From Raillietiella orientalis (Eukaryota): a stretch of 64,000 bases of DNA. The notes beneath the pieces are model-generated. The model saw nothing but the letters and a program-made list of their open reading frames with translations, was not told where the DNA came from and searched no databases. Positions 51,701 through 64,000 of the stretch are shown here, one piece after another; within the stretch, counting starts at the first letter, position 1, and every line of letters starts with the position of its first letter. The stretch is taken from contig JAYWIR010000004.1 in assembly GCA_036172245.1 (NCBI GenBank), forward strand, positions 1,984,001-2,048,000, read 5' to 3'. A program made the position numbers and the translations under genes.

Positions 51701-54700
51701 AGAGTGTTCCAGATGGATGAAGCGGTGCTTTTCAGGAGCTGGAGTACCCAACGGATAGACGAATTCTAATGCTGGCGGCAGCACTATACCAAGGATTGGA
51801 TATCGGTTACCTCTACAAATTAACCGAGATAGATGCTTGGTTCCTGCAGAAAATGAAAAACATCATCGACATGTACAAAACATTGGAAGAAAGTTCTGGA
51901 AAAGAGTGGTCTCGGGAAATTTTGCTTGCGGCAAAGAAATTGGGCTTTTCTGATAAACAGTTAGCACACTGTTTGCAGAGTACAGAACAAGCTATACGGA
52001 AAAAGAGAATCAAATTAGGTACGCATCTCTTGTGCCGTGCACTTTCAATGTTTTCTGAAGGCGTGAGCCCCTTTGTGAAGCAGATCGATACTCTTGCGGG
52101 TCAGTGTTCCACGGAAACAAATTACTTGTATACCACGTACAATGGTATCTCCCATGACGTGCAGTTCCCCGGAGGTGCCATCATGGTTTTAGGTTTGTAC
52201 AAGAGGAAGTGCTTGCAACCATCGCCGCTTGCACATCCATTCAGGTTCTGGCGTCTACCGTATAGGAAGCTCCGTTGAATTCGACTGCTGCGCGGTGGGA
52301 TGCCTGATGGAACTGAGGAAGCTGGGAAAAGAAACAATCATGCTAAATTGCAATCCAGAAACTGTTAGCACCGATTATGATATGTGCGACCGCCTGTACT
52401 TTGAGGAAATCTCATCCGAGGCAAGCCTTAACGTGTTTTCGTGAGACAACCTTGTTTTCTTTTTTTTCTTCTTCTGTGTGTGTTTGTGTTTCTTGCCTCC
52501 CCAAGGCTGTCCTGGAAATAACAGATCTCGAAAAACCAGAGGGATGTATTTTGTGTATGGGAGGTCAACTTCCAAACAACATCGCAATGACTCTTTATCG
52601 GCAGCAAGTGCACATATTAGGCACTTCACCTGTTAGCGTCGATGAAGCGGAGAACCGCTTCAAATTCTCGCGCATGCTTGACAACATTGATATATCGCAG
52701 CCGAGGTAATGTATGGTTTTTTTTGGGGGGGGGGGCTGACCGGCAGAATGTATAATGCATGTTTAGATGGAAAGAGCTCAGCAACATGGAATCTGCAATT
52801 CGCTTCTGTGAAGAAGTTGGTTATCCGTGCCTCGTGAGACCATCGTACGTGCTTAGCGGCGCCGCGATGAGCATTGCGCACTCCGAACAGGATTTGGAAA
52901 GGCTGCTGAGCAAGGCATCAACGGTTTCCAAAAAGCACCCCGTCGTAATCTCGAAATTCATCCTGGATGCCAAAGTAAAAGGATTTTCTTGACATGTCGG
53001 AGTGTCATCACCCCACCCCGCCCCCTCCCGCACATCTGCAGGAAATCGACGTGGATGCTGTGGCAAAGGAGGGCCAGATTCTTTGCATGGCCGTGAGCGA
53101 ACATATCGAAAATGCCGGCGTGCATTCTGGAGATGCCACGTTGGTCACTCCTCCTCAGGATCTAAATTCCGAAACACTGGCACAAATAACGGAAATTTGC
53201 CTCGCCATCTCTATGCAACTCCAAGTTACTGGACCCATGAACATACAGCTCATCGCGAAGGTCAGTAGAAAGCTCTGGCGTGGCCGCACTCGAATCCCAC
53301 TTTTTCGATCAGGAGAACAAGCTGCAGGTTATTGAGTGCAATCTGAGAGCCTCCAGATCTTTCCCGTTTGTTTCGAAAACTTTGGGATATGATTTCATCG
53401 CCGTGGCGACGAGAGCTATAATTCTAGATAAAGTTGAATGCGAGAACGTGATGATATCCGACTGCGGCAAAGTAGGCGTCAAAGTGCCTCAGTTCTCGTT
53501 TTCTCGACTGGGAGGTCGGTAAACGGCTACGGTGCCCATCCGACTCGTTCCCCCTCCCTCGACACCGTAGGTGCTGATGCCACGCTGGGTGTCGAAATGG
53601 CCTCCACGGGAGAAGTTGCGTGTTTCGGGGAGACCGTTTACGAGGCTTACTTGAAAGCGCTGCTCAGCGCGGACTTCCGAGTCCCTTCTTCGTCCATCTT
53701 CCTGTCCATAGGAACTTACAAGGTAAACTGCAGCCCTTCTGGGCAGAGCGAAAATCCTGCCCTCCTTTCGTCGCAGCACAAAGCGGAGCTGCTGCAGAGT
53801 GTCCGGACGTTGCAGAGGATAGGCTTTCGGCTCTACGCCAGCGTGGGCACCGCGGATTTCTATTCCGAGCACGGGATAAAGGTGTGGGATCGGCGGATGT
53901 TCCCTTCTGACCAAGTGTCGTGTTGCACTCGCCAGGTGGAAGCTGTGGAGTGGCCATTCGAAGAAATCGGAGAAAACACCACCACAGGCCAATTAAACAA
54001 CATCGCTGCCTATCTAGCCAGCAAAAAATTCGATTTGGTGATTAATTTGCCCACCAGGAACAATTTCGCCCGTCGCGTATCTTCTTTCGTCACCCAGGGC
54101 TATCGCACTCGCCTGATGGCTATCCAGCATTGCATACCTTTGGTAACGGATGTCAAGTGTGCCAAACTTTTAGTCAAGGTAAACTTGCTGTTGCTGTTTT
54201 TATCAAAGAAGAAAAAATCGATTTTGTCAGGCTTTGCACTTGATCGGCGGCGAACCAAAACTCAATCCCTATATCGACTGCCAGTCATCCAGAAAACTTA
54301 TACAACTTCCTGGTTTAATTGATATACACACTCATATACGGGAACCTGGATACGAGCACAAAGAAACGTGGAGCTCAGGAACGTGTGCTGCTTTATGTGG
54401 GGGGTTCACCATGATTTGCGTGATGCCGAACTCGAACCCACCGATGACGGATTTTGCCTCGCTGCTGTACGTTGGAGACATCGCTCGGCTGAACGCCTAC
54501 TGCGACTACGCCCTTCTCGTTGGCGCATGCAACACCAATGCTACCTATGTCCACGAATCCGCGCCGTTAACTGTCGGCTTGAAGATGTTTCTCAACTCAA
54601 CGTTCACAAGTTTGAAGATGGATTCCATGGCAGTGTGGCTCGAAGTACTTCACCTTTTTTTTTTCTTTGTGTGTGTGTCATCGAGGTCATCTCGAAACTG

Positions 54701-57338
54701 TTGCTTTTCTAGCATCTGCAGCACTGGCCTATTGATTATCCTATCTGCGTTCATGCCGAAGGGGTGACAACCGCCGCAATCTTGTTCCTCACAATGATGC
54801 TGGACCGATCCATACACATTTGCCACGTATCCACCAAGGATCAGATCGAAGTTATCCGAGCAGCCAAAAAAATGGTAAGTGAATTCCATCTTAAGGGGAT
54901 CTCGCCCTGCCACCAAATGCACCGAAAGCGCCCTCTTGTTTTGCTCAATCCTCTTGCAATTCTTGCAACGTTGAGGGCTTGTTGTGAACCGCAGTCGGTA
55001 GTAGTGCTCCAGCTATGCGTTCATTTCAGGGGCAAAAGGTTACCTGTGAAGTATGCCCGCATCATTTATTTTTGACGCCGAAGGATGCAGAAATCCTAGG
55101 AACGCGGCTCAGCAAGGTGTGCCCTCGGTTAAATACTGTGGAAGATCAACAGACCTTGTGGAACAGTATGGACATAATCGATTGCTTCGCGTCAGATCAC
55201 GGTGAGATCTAGACCCCGTCCGGATGTCGTAAGGTTTCAAACTACAGCTCCCCATCTGCGTTCCGAGAAGGAATCGAGCGACCCTCCTCCTGGGTTCCCT
55301 GGCTTAGAAACGATGCTCCCCTTACTTCTGACAGCAGTCAAGTCCGGTCGACTGACCCTAGAAGTGAGTGGTCTCTGCGTACCAAGCACAGCCCAGTGGT
55401 TTCGTTTCAGGATCTGCTTCAGAAGCTGTACCACAACCCTCGAAAAATATTCAAACTTCCAGAGCAGTCAGATACGTACATCGAAGTGGACTTGGATGAT
55501 GAATGGACGATTCCCGAGGCAATGCCGTATTCGAAAGCGCAGTGGACACCATTCTCTGGATTCCACGTGTGCGGTCGAGTGACGCGAGTGGTGTTACGAG
55601 GTGAACTCGTTTTCCTCGATGGAATGGTAAAGCAACTTTCGATGAAAACGAAACAAAAAAATAATAATGGGAACTGTAGATTCTTGGGAAACCAGGATTT
55701 GGCGTGAATGTGAAAGCGCACATTCCTTTTCCTACCGATATGGAAACAACGGTCCAGAAAATAACTGTTCCCGTTATTGACGATCGCTCTCTACACGAGA
55801 AAAGGGAAGCACACGGTAAGGTTGCCGTTTGTGTGGTCTCACGTTCTTCGAGTACTGTTCTCCACTGTCATCTTTCCGTGCTTTTTTAATGTCGCTTTCA
55901 GTTGAAGCTCTATAAGGGCGAGTTTTTGTGGGTGATAAAAAGGATCTTTATGAATGCAAGAACTGCGAAGACGGTCCTCTCGGGTAAAATTTATCAAGTC
56001 CGTATCCTTGACTCCTTTGCATTATTCAGTTTCTTGGGTTCTTGGTTCAGCTCAACTTCACCGATCCGTTCCATGCACTTGTGTGCATGGCTGTCATCTC
56101 GAGATGTTTGCATAATCGTATCCCCCTCCTCAGAAATGGACCAGAAAGTGAGCTTCGGACCCCGTATCAAAGAGCTGGATCTGCGGACGTCAGGTCTGCA
56201 TTTCCAGCACTTGCTGAGTGCCTCTCACCTGACCAAAGAGAACTTGGCGGGAATCTTCAATCTGGCTCACTACTTCGCCATCTGCGTTCAACAAGACAAA
56301 CCGATTCACGAATTCCTAAAGGTGACTTTTCGGGGTTTCCTTGCGTCTGGCCTTTTAAAACGGAAGGATTTCCTTCCAGGGAAAAGTTCTGGCCACAATC
56401 TTTTACGAACCAAGCACGCGCACCCAATGCAGTTTCGCCGCAGCGATGCAGCGGCTGGGCGGCACAACCATAAGCATGCACGGGAAGCATTCCTCAGTTG
56501 CGAAAGGGGAGACGCTAGAAGGTGAACGGTGTGGTGGAGCTGGACCACGTGTTCACGCCGGTCTTTTCAGATACTGTTGTGACCATGGCCTGCTACGGCG
56601 ACGTGCTCGTGGTTCGTCATTCCGAAGTCGATATAATTAAGGTGGGGGAGGGAAGAGGAAAGGGGTAGCATTTCATTTGCTCTGCGTAGCGTGTGGCCCA
56701 GTTCAGCCGCAAACCACTAATCAACGCGGGGGATGGTACTGGCGAACATCCTACTCAGGCCCTGCTAGACATATATACCATACGCGAGGAAATAGGTACC
56801 GTCAATGGGCTTGTGATCACCATGGTGGGAGATCTGAAACATGGCCGCACCGTCCATTCACTCGCCAAACTGCTTACCTTGTACCGAGTCTCGTTTCGGT
56901 ACGTCTGCCCCCCTGGACTGGGCATGCCCGAAGGCGTGCGTCAGTATGTGGCATCTCGTGGAATAGCTCAGGTTTGGGGAAAGGAGGATGTTTCTGCCAG
57001 CTCTCCACGGATCCGGTTTTTTTTGGGGGGCTGTTTAGGAAGAGTGCTCCAGTCTTGAGGACGTGCTGCCCCACACGGATGTTCTTTACATGACCCGCAT
57101 ACAGAAAGAACGCTTCGCGACCGAGGAAGAGTACCAGGACTGCTGCGGCCATTTTATCCTGACGCCGCATTTGATGACAAAAGCCAAGTCGAAAATGATA
57201 GTTATGCACCCTTTGCCGAGAATATTCGAGATCAGCAACGAAGTGGACAGTGATCCGCGTGCAGCTTACTTCCGGCAGGTGGAAAATGGCATGTACATCC
57301 GTATGGCACTGCTGTGTATCATCTTGGGGAAACTGTGA
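48752..57338 (+). CDS. CAD: CAD multifunctional protein (GATase-like / carbamoyl-phosphate synthetase / dihydroorotase / aspartate transcarbamylase), about 33 exons
   Basis: [22 protein letters not shown] motifs [89 protein letters not shown] and [13 protein letters not shown]; DHOase [23 protein letters not shown] and ASDHAPH; ATCase [25 protein letters not shown] and HPLPR. About 32 short introns traced by eye; exons in the DHO-ATC linker are uncertain. Confidence 0.97.
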
Positions 57339-57350
57339 TCGTGCCGGTCA

Positions 57351-57356
57351 AATAAA
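57351..57356 (+). promoter_or_regulatory. Probable polyadenylation signal of CAD
   Basis: AATAAA begins 12 nt after the stop codon. Confidence 0.55.
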
Positions 57357-58749
57357 TCGGGCCGCAATGTGAGAATGCAGTGTAAGAAGTGATCTGGAGT
57401 TATCTTGGATCAAGTGGGTGGTGGGCGAAACAGCGATGCGGAAGGGAGCGAACCCGGACAACAAGAAATGGCATTCCAGAGTGCAAGTTCCGGAAGGCTT
57501 TGTTTCGTAGGAAGCAGCTGCGATTGTTCGAGTGATAGGGAGTGACTCTTTGAAGTCTCCGTTAGTAATCCACCGTTCCTGACGTTTATCCCCTGCTACC
57601 GTGTGCTCTGCGGTTTCGAAGAATCCTTGAAATACATTCGATGTGCTCCCTCATGAACATGCATTGCATTTGTGATTTCTAATTGGCAAATTTGAAATTC
57701 CGGCTTGCCACGGCACCAGTCTCCGCTATCCAATCATCAGTGCTTCAGGCCTTTTGAGGCAAGACGTTTGGTTTCCGTTCGAGAAGAAAGATCTTTGTTC
57801 GGAGCTCTCGTTATCTGCGATCACGGCAGTTTCTGCATCACGTCTGATGGTTGCAAGATTTGGGCTTCCAGAAAAAATTTTTGTAGCTCCAAAGAGGTTC
57901 GAAAGATGCAAAGAGACGCGGAGAATATGACGAGTTCAAGTGATTCCCCACATGCTACACATAGGGCGCACACACACACACGTATGAAGGATAAAACAGC
58001 CTTTATCGAAATCACGCTTGCGCGAAGCCGTGAAGAAGCCGAGTCCGACGAAGCAAGGGCAAAGCAGGGGCAAACCGAGCAGGTCTGGCGAGCATCCGTG
58101 CCTGCTTGTCACACGCTTCATCAAAGTGCATCCACGTCGATAAAGTTCTGTAAGTGATGTGGCGTTTGTCACATCATAAGGTGTACTTTATCGCGCTTCA
58201 TGGCCAAGCCGTTTCGTCCCCGATGGCAACCATCCAAGGAAACATCCAAGACATGGAGAGAAGGGCTAGTGCATGCCTCCGACACGAGCCGCGCGCTGCC
58301 AATTCCCCTTGAAGTTTCGAGATGCCATTTTCATCTGAATGAGTTGTAGGACCTCCGCACTCTGTCTCTGATTTGATTTGATTTTCGATTCATCCGTTAA
58401 AAGTCTTTGAATGTTTTTTCATCATCTTCTGGTCAGTTGCACCTCCCAAGGGGCTCCTTGAGGACTTGCAGATGATACAGAATCAGTCTAGTCTAGGAAT
58501 TACTAGGCAGTTTACTCTGGGAATCTAACGCTTTCCTAAGATGTTACCGTACGTGGTCCGAATTTTCACGTGACTACCTTACGTATCTGATTTCATTTTT
58601 TATTGATCTTCGTGGGCTTCAGTTGCGTTTGGTAAGGGCAGATTGCAGGAGGAAGGGAAGTTCTGCGCTGTTCATCAACTGGTTCTCTTGAGTCAGGCTG
58701 CTAAGAGCGATTGGTCTCTCAGGCGCATCCATGGGAAGGACGGGCAGCG

Positions 58750-59450
58750 ACTCGTCCCGCGCTTCCAGTGTATCTACCTCTCCGGAATAGAGGATTCTGA
58801 TGCAGCCCTTCTCCTCTCTGATGCTGTCTTCTTGTCCTTTCAGAATCTTCGTCATTCTGAGCATGTTGTCGTTCTCTTGATCCCACGATCCCAGGGTCGT
58901 CTTAACCATTGCCGAGACTCCTTTAGAGGCGAAAGTTGAGTTCCCAATTCTCGACCTTCGCTCTTCTCCTGCCTTGCATCTTCTAGCGCCTAGGAGAACT
59001 GTTCATTTATCCGATCGTTTCATTCATCCTATCTGCTTAAAAATAATTACGAGTGCATCCAAATAAATAAATCTTCAACCTCGAGGCCATGGTGAATGGA
59101 CAGATACGAAACTGGAAAACCTCAGGAATCAGTTTTGCAGGAGGCTTCAGGAGACTTAGTCACCACTGAAGGCGAGGAAGCGAAAGTCGGAAGGAATTCT
59201 GAGCGCAGGAACGTTGGAGAAGAAAGAGGAGCGGAAGCCCTGCTTACTTTGCAGCAAGCAAGCACTGGCAGAGAACTCTTGCGGAGAACTCTCTCCTCCC
59301 CAGGTGATCAAATATCCTGCACACTGTTTCCACATCACTTCCATGATCCGAGACAGCAAATTAAAAGTGGTATATCCCTGTTCCTCCAGAACGATACGGG
59401 AGTTTCTATGTAAGGCGTTTTCTTTTCTAAAGAGCAATTTGTGCTTTCAA
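58750..59450 (-). mobile_element. Decayed 3' fragment of an RLE-clade element (element D)
   Basis: ORF 58619-58909(-) begins TTLGSWDQENDNMLR, matching the LG(A/S)WDPAN tail of element B. Upstream sequence is very degenerate. Confidence 0.45.
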
Positions 59451-60469
59451 TGTAGCTGGTTACTTTGCATGGAAGGTGGGCGTCGATGATCCTACGAATT
59501 CACTCAGGAACCGCTCTGTAAGCATACCAAATTAGCCATCTTCACATTGTTCTCATCCCGTTGTATCTGAAAGTAGCCTTCGCTTTGCAGCCAATTCTTT
59601 GCTGAGGAATTCATCAAGATGAAAACCATGTTGTAATATAGCAGTGGTGTGCGAACTGTGCGTTTGTTGTTGTTTTTCAGACCATGATCGAGCAGAAATT
59701 CATTGCAGGAGTCATCGCTTTTCATCTCAAAGCCACAGCTCTTTTGGTTTGAAAAGCTGGTTTACAGTCGGACCATTTCTAGTAAAAACATTTAAGAAAC
59801 CCTCTGCTCTCGAATAAAAACACTGTAGTGAATTCCTCGTCTAATTTCAATGGTCCTGCAATCCGGCAACCAAAAAAAAAAAAGATAAAGCTCATCTCCC
59901 AGAAGTTTACTCTCAATCTCGCAGAGAGCTGCAGCGTACAGCCTGCGTGCGAGTGCAATAGAGAACAGAACGATGCAACCACTTGCTGATTTCTTCCAAG
60001 GTGGACTGAAGGAGAGAGGCACTTCGAGACATTTCAGGATATAAAAAGTACTGCTACGGCGTTGCTGGTGGAAGCGTTCTGCGCTGCACCAGCTGGAGAA
60101 CCAGCATTCAGAGAAGTTTATGCAAAGACTGCCCGGAATTCTTTGTCCAGGGTCCCGCCTCAGCAAAGAGTCCAAAAGTTCAGAAGTATCATAATGGAAG
60201 TAATAGAAAAAGTAGAATTTCGGGGAGGCTGTTCAGTACTTCCGTATCCGTTAGTTTCTCCAACTGCTCGTTCACTCGAAACCTGCCATTTTAGGTGCAG
60301 GTGGGAGTCTTTGTGAAAGACGAATACAAAAACATTTTAAGACAGTAGATGGTATGGAAAACAAGATAATACCTATATGGACAACATGTGGAGTACATAA
60401 GACTACAAAAGAAACTCCAACCATGTAGGGGAACCAAGAGTGAGCTTAACACTGCTACCCCCATGGGTC

Positions 60470-62300
60470 GACTGTAATGCAAGTACAATAGGCCAGCATA
60501 TGGTTGACCTTCTCCAGCGAAAGAGCATTAACAAACCACGCTCACCGCTACATAAAGGAAAACAAGAGACCTAAGGATGATACAACCCGACCACACTCAG
60601 TGGAGTGTTCACTACGTAAGAGTTCCACCTCCCAAAGAGATAGGGAGGACTGCCCACACGATGGTGGCACAAATGACAATGAAACGAAGCAGGAAAAACT
60701 AAGAAAATGAGGATAAAGATGACAGCACATGGGAGAGCTCGGTATTTCAATTACATACCTATACTGTGAAAATGATCCCTAAGTCGCGGGAGGTATCGCA
60801 TCCCCCTCTGGACATCACTCCACAGGAAAGGAGAGAAATCAGAAAGCAATGATCGACAAGAGAGGGAGGAAAAGACCTCTCCGGATGGGATAGACAGCAC
60901 TCTCCACGAGAAAGGTCCAAAGATCTTTGACATTGGGAGCCCACTTGGCTACCGACGAAAGAACAGGAAGTGAAAGAAACCATGTGAAAGAAAGGAAAGG
61001 AGTGAAGACCAGGTGCTGAAGAAGAAGAAATCAATGAAGCCTAAATAAAGAGCGATGGTAAATGACCTCTCGGTTAAGTTTACGAGAGAGAAAGAAAAAC
61101 TAAACAGCTAAACAGCTTAGAAAACAAACAGGAAACAAACAGCTTAGAAAACGAGCTGTCCCAATCATTAGAGTTTTAGGGGTTCTGGAGTTGATTCTGC
61201 GCGTGGAATGATCGGATGGCATGCCAATAGCTTGCGGGATGTGTCCGAATCCTCCTGACCCGGCTACCGATTTTCCCACAAACAGCATGAAACTGCTGAG
61301 ATCTGTAAACTGCAAAATACTTCGGATCCGGAAGCACAGGAGTTCTCTTGAGATATACTATGGATGGTAAGAGAATAAGTTGAGTGCACCAAAGATGGAT
61401 GCAGGTTTGGTAGCATTCATTCATTCGTATTGGTGGGTAATTCAATAGGTCCAGAAACGACTGAAAGGAGGAAGGAGCGTTTGGATTGCAGGAACACGAA
61501 CATGTGCCCACCCAAACACGAGGGATCTTTGGGGAACTCGAGCCCAGAATCCTCATGATAGAGTGCGAAAGATCGCCTCCAATATATCCACGATCCAGCG
61601 CAAAGCGTGGCCTTCCTTTGTCGAGACGCCCCCAGGCCGAAGGGAGGCTGAGTCCTGCGCGGACCAACATCGTACGTCGGCACAATTCCACCTCAGGAGG
61701 GAAAATCCAAGATTGATTCACACGTGGCGCGGCACCACACACCTGTAAGAGGAATGCTCATTGGGGATGGAGTTGATCACATGTTCGGGAGGTGCAACTT
61801 CGGGGAGGAACACCTCAACCATACTCTCAATCACCTCAACTTCCTCACGATCACCGAGAAGCACGATGAACTAGTAACTCTGATCAGGAAAGCTGCGCGA
61901 GGAAAGTCTGAGAGTCTGAGCTGGTGACTTCGAACCAAAGTATTTCCTATGGGGATTGCAACCTGCGAAAGAATCTGGTGCTCAGGGTGATGCAAAGGAA
62001 ATCAATAATAGACGCTGCCTGGCCTTACGAGTGTTCCAAGAAAGCACTAGAAGAAGCCGGATTAAGGAAGAAGAACGAATGCAGAGGATTGGTTCTCCAT
62101 TTTGCTGACAAAAGAGTGAGAAACCAAGATAGTAGCAGCATCCCTCAGAACAATCATCGTAGGATCTCTAGGATCCGTCAAACAACGAAGTGCTAAGAGA
62201 ACTGAGTATCCCTAAGCGATGGGTGGAACAGGAAGGAAATGTTTGTACCCAAGCATGGCTGCTCCAGGGAGATGCATCTGGAAGCGCAGGCTGAAGGCAT
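60470..62300 (+). mobile_element. Decayed, apparently internally deleted RLE-clade element (element C)
   Basis: C2H2-like relic FSSERALTNHAH (~60510); knuckle relic GRCNFGEEHLNHTLNH; KHD (RHD-like); RKNLV (RPDLV-like); IIDAAWPYECSKKALEEAGLRKK; GSLGS..NNEVLRELSIPKR. No RT motifs were found in between. Confidence 0.65.
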
Positions 62301-64000
62301 CGCCATCGATGGAGGGACCCTCTCTAGACCACAGCCTTGGGTGGAGGATGCAGCGGTGAGGGCAGCGGAATAGCGAATGTGACGGAGAACCCCCTGGGCT
62401 TCAGTTGCACCCTCCCCTGGCACATCATTTGTAGAACGCAAGGCACGAATCCATCATTCTTTCTCATGTTGCTTTCTTTCACCATGCAGACCTCGTGTAG
62501 CCCTCCATTCGAGTGCCATCGTCAGCGAGAAAGCTGCTTTTGCCCCGCCTCAGAAAGCAGAAGGCCTGAGGCTTCTGCAAGATCGGCTGCTGATTCTTCG
62601 ATTTCGCCAAATGAATTCCTCCTAAATGGTGTTTAAGTGCTCAGAAGGAACGGAGCCACCGAGCGCACCGAATGATTGCTATTAAACGAGTGTACGCCTC
62701 TCCTTAGATCTTTAAGCAACAATCCGAGAACAGTTGGGAAGTCTCGTGTACACCCACTTGTCTGCATCAGCACACATCTCGAGAAAGGAGCACAAGAACG
62801 ATAAATGCTACCAGCAAAAATGTCAGGGCGCGATTCGCTAGACTGGGTCATAGCAAGAGACTCCTCTGCCATTCTTCGGTTACATATACGCTCCAGGATA
62901 ATTCCGAACTCTGAACTCCGTGGACAACTATTCAAACGCATTTCTTGCATGCCGTCATACACAGACTTTACTTTCACCCTCATGTATATGCATATATACT
63001 TGGTGTGTGTATGCGTGTTGTACAATTGCTGCTTATTTATGTGCTCCAACATCCGCCTCAGGTTACCAGAACGGAAATCGAAACGAAGCAAAAAGGCTTT
63101 GTGTATTGTGCTTCGCACACTGTCAATGTCAGTATCCGTACTCAGCCTCCTCTGTTAATTCTCTACTTCTTCCTCTATTCGCTTTCTGCTTTGCTATGTG
63201 ATGCAGCCGCATTTCAGCAACTCTTCCGCTGCCACAAAGAACGGATAGGTTCCAAGAGCAGGCAAAATGGTGCCTCCTGTTGCTGCAAGCTGCAAGTAAC
63301 TCAGAACAGTGATGATGCCCACACTGCTAACTGCATTGTCCCGTACCCTGCCGTTGTATGACACAGACAGATAGCTCTGACTCCAGCTCACGTTTAACCA
63401 AGATTTCATGCACAAAAAAAGAGGAGGGGGGGGGGGAATCTCCTCTTCACGCTGCTTTTTACTAAAGAGTTTCCGTGCAAGGAAATCTTCCGACAGTGTG
63501 GTTAGGTTGGCTCCCCGAACAAGACGATCACGTGCACTTCCCACCGGAGCTCACGGGCAGGGTTGCAGTCTCGATTCAACTAGTAAGTGACTCGTCTCAC
63601 ACTTTATGACAGTTGGAGGGAATGGCATTGATGTGCTCTCTCTGAACTCTTGGATAAAGAAGCTTGGTGTTTGTGATGTTCTGTCCAAGAAAACATTTGT
63701 CGAGCTTCGCATCTGTCTGTGTTGAAAGACTACTTTTGTGAGGTTCTCCACTTTTTTCCACCACTCAGAACAGTGAGAGGGAGAACATTGGGGATGCAGA
63801 ACATAGGCGTAGAGGTTTCTCGGAATCCTTAATGAGTCGGTATACCGGCATTTCCCCTAAGGACTTCGAGAGAAAGCGGGGGATTAGGTGATTCTCTGTG
63901 CTTGCTCTCTTTCCTATAAGACGACTACGGTCTTGATCTTCGTTCCCCCAATATTTGAAGCGTAAAAAAAACAAAAAAAAAACCCAAAAAAAGCAAAAGA

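Noticed and set aside
48752..57338. CAD as a pseudogene (it appears fragmented in the ORF track)
   Set aside because: The breaks in the conserved domains coincide with short GT(GC)-AG introns in compatible phase, and the spliced frame stays open.

Overview
Eukaryotic (animal) genomic DNA from a compact-intron genome; most introns are 42-60 nt. A clade I nematode-like source is plausible but is inference only. The window has three zones. (1) About 1-28.6 kb is a graveyard of decayed non-LTR retrotransposons: two Utopia/NeSL-like restriction-like-endonuclease (RLE) elements, L1/Tx1-like and CR1-like RT relics and a very GC-rich 16.5-24.3 kb block, plus one intact tRNA-Phe(GAA). (2) About 29.4-57.4 kb is a gene block: PTP1B/TC-PTP-like phosphatase (-), TRIQK (+), CTF8 (-), anillin (-) and a ~33-exon CAD gene (+). 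(3) About 58.6-62.3 kb holds more RLE-element relics. The strongest finding is in CAD: the CPS, DHOase and ATCase motifs are intact, but the glutaminase domain has lost its catalytic Cys (to Gly) and His (to Gln) and the Ser44-equivalent (to Ala). This predicts a CAD that cannot hydrolyse glutamine itself. Second, both Utopia-like elements are bracketed by direct repeats (32 bp perfect; ~200 bp diverged). One of them starts with a highly structured leader (possible pseudoknot, UUCG-hairpin array), and U2 snRNA-like sequence traces occur in the window. Exon boundaries, alignments and GC estimates were made by eye.
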